Source: Klebsormidium nitens (taxonomy: Eukaryota > Plantae > Klebsormidiophyceae). From it: DNA of 64,000 nucleotides. Shown here one piece after another: positions 1-9,200 of the stretch. The first letter of the stretch is position 1. The number at the start of each line of letters is the position of its first letter. The translations under genes were made by a program, and so were the position numbers. The notes below the pieces were generated by a model that saw nothing but the letters and a program-made list of their open reading frames with translations, was not told the origin of the DNA and did no database searches. The stretch spans positions 1 through 64,000 of the forward strand of contig DF237177.1 in NCBI GenBank assembly GCA_000708835.1, written 5' to 3'.

Positions 1-512
1 GAACTTCAGATTGGCTGTCGACTTGCCAATCGCCAGCCCACTACCATTTCCGACAAGAGAAGAGCATTACCATAGAGTATTCTGATTCACGTCTTCTCGG
101 AGAGACCTCAGCTCTCCAAGTTTCATCTTCAACATTGTAAAATTGTAATAGTATGATTCAAGGGAAGCTCAGGAGGATCACGTTTTGAGGGGCAGCGCTG
201 CTTTTGCAATTGGCTAGACATCTGGTAGGTTTGCCCTCAGCAAGAACAATAATCTACAATTTACCAGGTTGACACTGGACCAGGATAGCAGTAAGATTTG
301 AATGCGAGTTATTCAGTAGCTCTGGTTGCGGAAAGTTCTGCGGGCGCGCTTATGTTCAATTGGTAGTGTAGGTCATTTTTTACGGCAGTTCTCTGACACA
401 TTGCAATAGAAAGGGCTAGGGAGTGGTTGAATCACACCTCAGTGGCCGCCAGTAAAGGGAGAGGGGTGGCATTTTCAAAGAAGCATAGCAGATTGGCACC
501 GGCACTGTCATC

Positions 513-3050
513 ATGAGCAAGGGAGGGCAAGCCCCGGATCTTAAGAAGTGAGTTGGTCATGTCCTGAAAGAGGAACTCATTGAATTGCCTATGTTTCCTT
601 TTAGGCTTGCTTGCACGGCGCTCTGCGTGTGGTGAACCTGATGGCTGGTGGCAGAGGCCATGTTAATATCAAGAGTGCTGAATGCGTTAGGGCCATGGCC
701 AGACATTCTGGGTGGGATTGGAGGTTGATGACTGGTGTCTGGTGCTGTCGTAAGGTCCCATTGCTCGATGACTTTTGGTATGCTTGGAGAACATGGCCTG
801 ATGATTCTTTTTAGCTGACTTGTTTCTTTTCTCTCTTTCCAGGTACATGGATAAAAGGCTAAACAGTAAGTCGCTCAGTCATCCGCATTGATCAGCTTTT
901 CTGCATTTCTTTTTTTGGATTCTACCACTTTTACTTGAAACAAACTCCCACCGGTAAGCGAAGAAGTTTTTCCCGCCGTTCTTCCAGGTGCGGCAAGACG
1001 GCTGCTACTTCCGATTGTGAGTCCGACCACCACTCCCCCGCACTTTTTACTGTGCGAAAGTTCTGGAGCAATTGTGCCCAAAATCTACTCCATATTTTTA
1101 GGTTCTTAGGCGACATCCAGGCGGGTAAGTTCAGCAAGCACTTTGGTTATGCAAGCCACTGGCGCTTTGACCGTACTTTTAGGAACCACAAAGTGAAAGG
1201 TAAGCTCTTTCAAAACTTGTTTTGATCCAAATTTCAGGTGGTTGCGCGATGAGGACAAGCGTAAGTCTGACCAGCCCTTCGTTTATAAGCCTCCTCTGAC
1301 GCGCTTCATGGACCACAAGGTGCGATGTAAGTGGTGCTCCCCGTCCGTTTCATTTCCTTTTCTCTTTTCTCTGCTTTTACCGCAGTGACCTGAGGGGTTC
1401 AATAAAGCTGTGAGTCACTCTAGGCAACGTGTCTCTTTACTACCAAGCGCTATACAGTCGCCCTGCTTCTTGCAGTCTGGGTCCAAGCTCCACCAAAAGC
1501 TGCTCAAACCTGGTGTTTGTCAGCCCCTCCTCACATATTTCAAGCAGAACGGGATCATCAGCCTGGTGGGGCAAGAAAGGAGGTTTCGACTCTGGAGATT
1601 TTGTTTTGCGTATCCAGTTGGTCAAGATCAAGCAGGATGCTTTTCTTTTCAGGCGCTTTTATGTATGAAGTTGGCGATCCAAAGCGTCTGTTGTAAACGG
1701 TGCGGTCTTTGTATCACAGCAAAGTACATTGTCGAGTTGGGACCTCGGGAGAAGGGCGCCAAAGTCGAATGTGAAAAAGTTTCATCTTAGGTGCGCAGGC
1801 GGGAAAAGTGTGTCCATCCGGTCGCTGTAGAGCTTTCTCCTTCTTCAAGGTGGACGTCCGTCAGGAATAGTGTTGAGTCATTTGGACTCCAAGCAGGTCA
1901 ATATCCTCAAGTAACTTCCGCCCGATCCTGTCTTGGTTGCTTCCGACTAGCCACGGGCGAAAAACAAATGCAAGGTGTTTGCAGCATGGGAGTCTACTAT
2001 CAAGGGAGCATGAACGTTTGCCTTCCGTGGTCCTTTGCAGTCAAGCTGAACGCCAATCGGACGGTGGTGGGTGTGCTGCGCGGCTTCGACCAGTTCATGA
2101 ACATCGTGCTGGACAACAGTGTGGAGCTGACCAAGGGGGGCGAGGAGAACGAGATCGGGATGGTGGTGAGTGCGCAATGATTCAAACCCTTTTCTGCTTG
2201 TGTAGTCGAATGTGTTCCACGATCCCTCCATATCCTGTACTGAACGTTGATCGCTTCGGAGGGGTTGAGGATATGTGGATAATGGTGACGGCTCATAGCT
2301 GCAACTCGATTTGTCTGGCTCCCATTCCATCTTTGTTTCGCGCTTCCTCCTTCCCATCTTAATCAATCCACTTCCGCTTTTACTCTCCTTGGCCTTGTGC
2401 GAAAGTTTGGAGTGTCCTGTTCAACTATTTGAGTACAGCAACACCTGACCGACGTCGATGAGCAACATGCATCGAAAGATTCTCCCGCTTTGTCGTGCAG
2501 CTTATGAGCCGTTGTTTGCTTTTTCAAGTTGCTTTTCTGCGTCCCAAGCTCGTGGTTTGACCACCTTGCGTGCTAGGCCGCTTCTAAACCAGGCTGCCTT
2601 GTGGAAGCGTCCGCTTTGTTTGACCTCTTCCTTCAAGGAACCAAAGCATTTGTACTCGAATCGTTCACCTGATTCGTTTCTACGTAAGCATAACGTTGGT
2701 CCTGGCTGCTGAACTGGGCTTAAAATAGTTGAAATGCAATTCACGGCGCCATAGTCGTTTGGTTCAATTGACTAGTCTCGAAAGAAGCATCCGATGCAGT
2801 TGCCACAAGCTGACACTGGCCGAATCAGAAGCTGACCAAGAGGACTGACACGCGCAAAAGATTCTCATATTTGCTGGGCAATCGCAGTCTTCTTCTGAAG
2901 GTACACCTGCAGGAATAGCACGTTGTCTGAAGCTGATCAGTATTGACAGCTTCGGTCACCGCTCTTTTGCAGGTCATCCGGGGGAACAGCGTCGTCATGA
3001 TCGAAGCCCTAGAACATATAGAGACGAAGGAGGTCCCTGGAAACCGATAG
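513..3050 (+). CDS. SmG: Small nuclear ribonucleoprotein G (Sm core protein), 4 exons, 86 aa
   Basis: Exons 513-547, 843-865, 2041-2165, 2973-3050, all GT-AG and in frame, giving [75 protein letters not shown]... Sm1 and Sm2 motifs match SmG as I recall it (RGFDxFMN, [10 protein letters not shown]). Confidence 0.95.
931..1415 (+). repeat. Array of 7 additional consensus 5' splice sites / micro-exon-like units in SmG intron 2
   Basis: GTRAGY at 954, 1017, 1125, 1200, 1261, 1327 and 1410 (real donor at 866). AG acceptors end at 987, 1101, 1182, 1237, 1319 and 1385. Some units show residual similarity to exon 2. Confidence 0.75.
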
Positions 3051-4521
3051 TCCAACAGTGAACTCACCCACCTCCAACGCAACACGGTCCAGCTCTTGAA
3101 TCTAATTTCATTATCTATCTTGATTGCCATGCTGTCATAATTGAGTCTACTATTGTGAAAATCGCAACATGTACTGATATGCATGTGTCGTATATCAAGT
3201 ACGTCATGCTGTTTCACATATGGGTACCATGGGGCGCGCTATCAGCGTGGCCATCAGTTACTATCACGTGCATGCCAGCAAGGGCAATGCATGATGCCAG
3301 AGAAGCTGCGTTGCAATCTTTGTACATAAGGTAGCATGTGTGATCAACTAGATTAAGGACAAACGATGTTGACGGTTGCTTTCTACTGGCCGAAAAAGCT
3401 AGCTTTCCGGAAGGTCGAGCACAACGCGACATATGCGCTAGCCAGGATTGCGAGGATTGGACTTCTTGTTTGGACTTGCAATCTGCTTTAACATGTTGCA
3501 ACTGTCGTCTTGAGGACATACGCTGAGACTCGCAGGTCAGCATGTACATTGCGCCCCAATGCAAGCAATCACCGAACTCTTCGAAGCTAGTCATACGCCC
3601 CGCCATATACTGATCGACAATCTCGATGCATCCTGCCGACGCGATCAGCCTTCATGATGCCTATGATTTGTATTCAAGCTGGCCGAACCTAGCCGGCCTT
3701 CATGGCGCTTTCCTCGTTCACAAATTTGTACTGTTGAGGTCGGCCATGCGATCATGAGACTCCCACTTAATCCCACTTGCATCTACCGGGATAAGTCTCA
3801 CACTGTGCCACCGCATGGATCGGCAACATAGACGAACTGGAAAGTACTACTATCTGAGTAGCAGGGGCTCCGTCAGATCGGACCTTGAAGGTACAATGAC
3901 GTACCTACAAATTTGCTTTGTATCTGAAACAAGAATTGAGACTGAAAACGATACCTAATTCTTTCTTTTGAAGCTGAAAGTGAAGCTGAAGTTGAAAGTG
4001 ATGCTTTCAAGCTCAAGGAGTCTTGAAAAGGACCACAGCCTGCGTCCTGCTCAACAACAGCTTTGCGTAAGCAGAAAGCACGCCGAGTAGCAGAGCACGA
4101 ATTCCTTGCATCACGATCGATTTCACTCGCTAGTTACTTTCACTCATGTCTCACAGAGGATCTCAGAGGACCAGCTTGTCGATGTAGAGTAATGGCACTC
4201 ATACGCGGTCACAAAGTGACACGCTACCACATGTGCTTGGCTGCATCAGACATCCGTTTTCACGCTGCTCACCCGAAACGAGGGGAACATGTTCCACTAA
4301 CTCGCCCTTCCTGCTTTCCTGTCCTTGCGAAGTCATGTGACCACCATCTCCGTTTGCCTCCCCCTCTTTTTGGACCGAACTCCTTACGGTCTGTCTAAAG
4401 AAGACCGGACCTCTGACTGCTCCCCCTTTAACAAGCCGCTCTGCAAAGGCAATCAAATGGGTTTGTACTCACCGGTCCAAAGTGACCCCTTGAGTAAACG
4501 TTCAGCGTCTGCTTGATTGAC

Positions 4522-6102
4522 TCAAACAAAGGTTGCACTGCCGTGTTGATTAGTGCACCGTCTTGATCGTTGCAGTGAAAAGCTGCCCACTAAAAATACT
4601 TTCAAGTCACTTGAGATGCATTTGTTGGATAACACGAGAAGCGGGATGAGGACATCACTCTGGTGGAGCTTTAACGGCCTAAAGAACGAGAGCATGAAAT
4701 TGCACACTATGCCCGATAGAACTCTCCCTCTCCTTCGAGAGAGGAGTTGGTGCCAAGGTAGCAAAGACGTCCTCGGAAGAAGGGAGACGTTGCAACTCCA
4801 TTTCATCATCAGAACCTTTAGACAAAGCCTACATAACATGCAGTTTCTGGCTGTGGTGGCTGTGCATGCTTTCTCAAAGTTCATCAGAGGTGCTCGCCGG
4901 GTGCTCGCTAGTCTGGAGCTGAATGTCTTCAATGCCCCTTCAAGAAAAATTGCACACATGTCGGCCTGATTATCGGAGCCAGTGCCAGCGCTTAGAGAGT
5001 CCCACATAATATCCGTCACGTAGAACCAGGTGCAGAAGTTCATCAGAGATTAGAAGGAGAATCACTCTCAGAAAGTACACTCATATTTCGATCGGTGGAC
5101 ATGATCGTCTGGGAGTAGTGACAGGCAGCAAGTTCATAAGCAGGCGAGCTCCTTCACCTTCCGAGAGAACCAACTTGTATGTTCCCCCTGGTTCAAACCT
5201 TTGGATACTCCATCCGTCACTGTCTGCTTCCAAAACTTCGTCAATGTTGTTGGCCAGCTTCACGATCACGGACTTGGCATTAAACGCATGTAGAATGCTT
5301 TCCACTAGTACCCTCCGCTCGTACTGTCCAAATTCCGATCCGACCAATGACGCAGCGTCCTCAAAATATATGTTCGTCGTCATGTCGCTCACTAGATAAT
5401 CAGATCCAACCAAGGAGCTCCGGGGGAGCTCCCAACATCCAAGGAGCTAGCGGGGGAGCTACTATTGGCTAGATGAGCGGGAGATGAGCTAGAGGAAGAA
5501 ACGGGGAAGAAACTGGCCGCCTGAAACCCGTAACCAATGCAAACAGCTGCTGCACATGGTGCTACAGTATTGAAAGGTACCAACACGCCAATATCGATCG
5601 GATCAGTGACGCCGGCTGCGCAGCCGCCTGCCGCGCGGCCGCTCAGAGGTACAGCAGCCGGACAGCCGGGGGTTTGGAGATTTTGCATGCACGTTCGGCG
5701 CTCAGTAAAACGAGATCGAGCGTCATCCTGCATGCGGTCAGGTTTGTCAAACCGTACTGCAAACTGCGCAGTCCTAACCGCCGACTCTACAGTTCTGCTG
5801 TCCAAGATCGCATTTGAACATGAAGTGGCGCAGAGCAACTCAGAGCCAAAGCTTAATGTCTCCTTCTCTGGGCGGCAATAAGTTCTTTTCCTCGTTCTAC
5901 ACCCGTCTACAAGGTCTCTGCTTTGATACGAAGCTGCACCGTGCTTCATGAGTTGCGGCGCCAGCTTTGTCTGCATAGTCTTTCCAAAACAGTGATCTTC
6001 GAGAGCTGCAAAGGTGTCTTCTACTTTTGATCCTATTTGAAGCCTCATAATACACCTGCGAACCCGAAAAGGACCCCAGGGCTGATCCTTGCGTGGAATC
6101 AT
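4522..6102 (-). other. Unresolved minus-strand coding or pseudogene region (hypothetical protein)
   Basis: Three consecutive ORFs (5392-6102, 5081-5413, 4522-5043). The middle one reads like a globular domain (TNIYFEDAASLVG...RRVLVESILHAFNAKSVIVKL...FEPGGTYKLVL). No family confidently recognised and splicing not resolved. Confidence 0.3.
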
Positions 6103-6251
6103 CCTTCACTTTCGCCCCGCGCACCTGCACCAAGGCTCCAGCTCATCTATAGGGTTTCACGAATAGCTCAATCAAGGTTGCTCTTAGAAACTGAAGGCTA
6201 GGCAGCTAGGTGTCATCATATCTTGGTGGCAGGGGCGCAGGGGGTGGGGGG

Positions 6252-9200
6252 ATGCCCCCCTTTGATCTGCTCTCCCCTGGGGGTCCGCGAGAGGTGTGTT
6301 CTCGATGCCAGTGTTGGTGGTAAACTCAGCGATGACTGCTTGTTGATTGGATTTTTGTTATGTTGTTCCAGCGACCGGGGCACAAAGTGACTTGCTGTAC
6401 CTGCGATGTAAGCTATCCAAACTAGAACAAGGGCAGAGTGTCGGGGTGTGCTGCTACTTTATCGCAGCATTGTCCAAAGCTTGTGTGTCTTAATCCATCA
6501 ACGCACCCCAGGTTTTGGCCCAAGCACTTCAGCACCTACCATCGCTGTTATCTGCACCATCGCTGTTATCTGCACAAGGAAATGTCTGGAACATGGTTAG
6601 GTTGACCACTTGCAATGTCTCAAACCTTTGATTGGCCCGTCTCTTGTCCAGCTGTGGCGAAGGATATGTATGGAATGGGTGGTCGAGTGGCCGCTCCTGG
6701 TTGACCGGTGGAAGATCATCCTGGCTGGAGTCGTTTTCCAGGTGAGGAGCGCAGAGTTCTCCAACCACATGAAAATTGCATGGGATCCATCAATCGCGAC
6801 CTGCTTTTAGATCGAAACCTTCCGGCTACATCATTGCTTATGTAACAATGGAAGATTCGAAGTGGTGGACTCGTGCTTTCGCAATTCCAAGCCCCATGCG
6901 ACTCCACGCTGCCTTACCCCCCATAAAACTTCTTCTTCCGTGCTTTGCCCATCAAGATGAACGTTCATGACCCATGTTCAAGAAACCAATCAACTGTCGG
7001 GAGAGTTTGAAGCCTACGCAGAGCGTCCAGTTCTTTGTCACCGTCGAGTCACTGCTCAATTGCAATGCTGCCCTCCTTTCAGTACATGCACGGCATTGGC
7101 GCGCGCTTTGCCCACTATCTCCACCGCCCAGGCCCTCTCCTTCACGATGTCGGTTTTGAGCTGATCCCGGTGAGTGCCACCTGTCACTTTTGAAGCCGGT
7201 CAGTCGCGCATGCTCCACGTTTGCTGCGGGCAATCAGATGCAGGCTCAACGAAAGTTTACCAGTAGCTAGATCGGATTACTGACTGCGATTATTATCATG
7301 GAACAGCGAGAAGTTGCTTGTGGATCCAAGCTGGATGTTACTGACTGATGTAGTTCGGATTTCACACAAAGGCTGCCCGTTTAGGTGTCAAAGACAAACA
7401 TATAATACCTCTTGTCGAGGTATTATGGTCCGAGATGCTCAAGCATGGACTGCAGCTGAGAAGCCAGAGCGCTTTGTCTGCAGGAGCTTGGAAAGAAGAA
7501 CATCTACGTCAGCGAGACCGTCTTCAGCGGGTGGTTCGTCTTCTTTGTGCTGGTAAGTCGCGCATTAAGGCCCCTCTTTGGACTAGATGAAATATGCACT
7601 AAGCGCAAGTCCTGGTGTTATTGAGTCTTGCCTCCTTCCTCACAGCTTGGAGCCTAGCAGGGATCTGCACAAATGAGGATGCAACAAAGACTTTAAAGCA
7701 CGCTTATCCTTTTCTCAGTGGACGTTCCACCCGTTCTTCCTGCCCAACAAGCGCTTCTACACCGTCTTCATCTGGCAGCGAGTGCTCACAGTCCTGGTGG
7801 TAAGCCCCTGCCAGATCCCTCTGTTTTTGTCAGGATTCAGATTTTTGTTTTTTTCCTTGGTTTAGGGTTTTCGGGTTTAGCGTTTTAGGGTTTCGCAAGT
7901 GTACAGCCAAAGCTCGAGCCAAAGTGTTGAAGGTGGGGGTGACGGGTTCAGGACGAGAATACGAGAGTGTCGTCTTGGAGAAGCTGCCAGATCTGATCTC
8001 GATTTTGGCCAGGAGCGTTTTAAAAGACATGAGCTGAATAACATGCGTTGACGATTTGGGCAACAAGGTACCGAGCCAGAACGGGTGTGACAATCGCTGC
8101 CTTTTTCGGGACAAGAAGCCAGCCGTTACTGTCCGGGACCTCGAGATGATTATTTGGTTGGCGCATCCATGATCCATCGGCAGAGTCCGAGTCTTCTAGT
8201 GGTTCTCAATGCAGAAACTCGGTCAAAATGGTCATGCTAGTCTGCCGTCCGGTCCAGAGGAGCGGTTCCCAGGGTCCTGTCACTCCTTGACTCTTGTGCT
8301 GTGTTTCCGCAGATTTGCCAGTGCCTGCGAATAGCCTCTTTCACCGCCACGCAACTCCCTGGACCAAACTACCACTGTCACGAGGTGAGTGCTCGCTGCT
8401 GTCTGATTCAAACATCAGTAAGTCCTTTCTCGGTGTGGTTGACAACAATGCATTCCATATCAACCAGGTGCCTTTCAAATTTCAAAGGTCACCGTTTGCC
8501 TTTGAGGGCGAAGGGATCGACCTCGGGGACACTTAAATCATGGCCCACTCGTCCTTTTACCTCGTGTCTTAGTGATTGGTTATCTTTATCTCGCCTGGTT
8601 CTGCCTTACGCTTGTTAGGCAGCAACTTGGGAAGCGGGTATCGATCTTGCGGAATCATTACGAAGGGTCATCGGGCAAACCTTTTCTGGCGGCTCAATGC
8701 CTCCGCTCCGCTGTGCTGACGTGTTGCTGACGTGTTGCTGACGTGCAGGGTTCGCCATGGGCCACTCTCCCGGTGCCCCACTCCTTCAAGGACCTCTTCT
8801 TCCTTAACAGTAAGCCCATGCCCCTTTATTTTCGCACCATTTCTATCGGACCGAGTCAGCGGAATATCGGAGTGCCAAGATTGCCTCGAGCATACCTCAA
8901 GCACTCTTCGAGGAAGTGCGTTGGTTCCGGATGCTCGGCGCTGCACTTTGGCACACAATCCGAAAGCATCCGGTCAACTCTTGACCGAAACGGCTGTACA
9001 TCGCCTACCGACATTTTGCTTGTAACCTGGCGAGAGGTTCACGCAGCATCTCAAAATTCTCGCTGGGTCCGCTTACGATCAGATCGTGATGGCGGTTTCG
9101 CAGTTGCGCGCGCGGGCATGTTTGGCTGCGGCGACCTGATCTTCTCCTCGCACATGTCGTTCGCGCTCGTCTTTATGCTGACCTACAACAAGTACGGCAC

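Noticed and set aside
1244-1304. Possible C/D snoRNA (GCGATGA...GACAAGCGTAAGT-CTGA...CTGA, GCGCG/CGCGC ends) resembling the U27-type guide for 18S Am27/28
   Set aside because: The guide has an A:A mismatch near the box, the C box is imperfect, there is no C' box, and the C-to-D span is only about 54 nt. The same bases are explained by the acceptor/micro-exon/donor unit. An Infernal scan would settle it.
3310-3360. Minus-strand similarity to the 18S rRNA 5' end (ATCTAGTTGATC...CAAAGATT)
   Set aside because: Only two short words match, with wrong spacing and no continuation into rRNA sequence.
6231-6262. G/C-run motif resembling the inverted-repeat arms at 15789/16222
   Set aside because: Lacks the CGGCAG loop and is explained by the IPCS start codon context (ATG CCC CCC).
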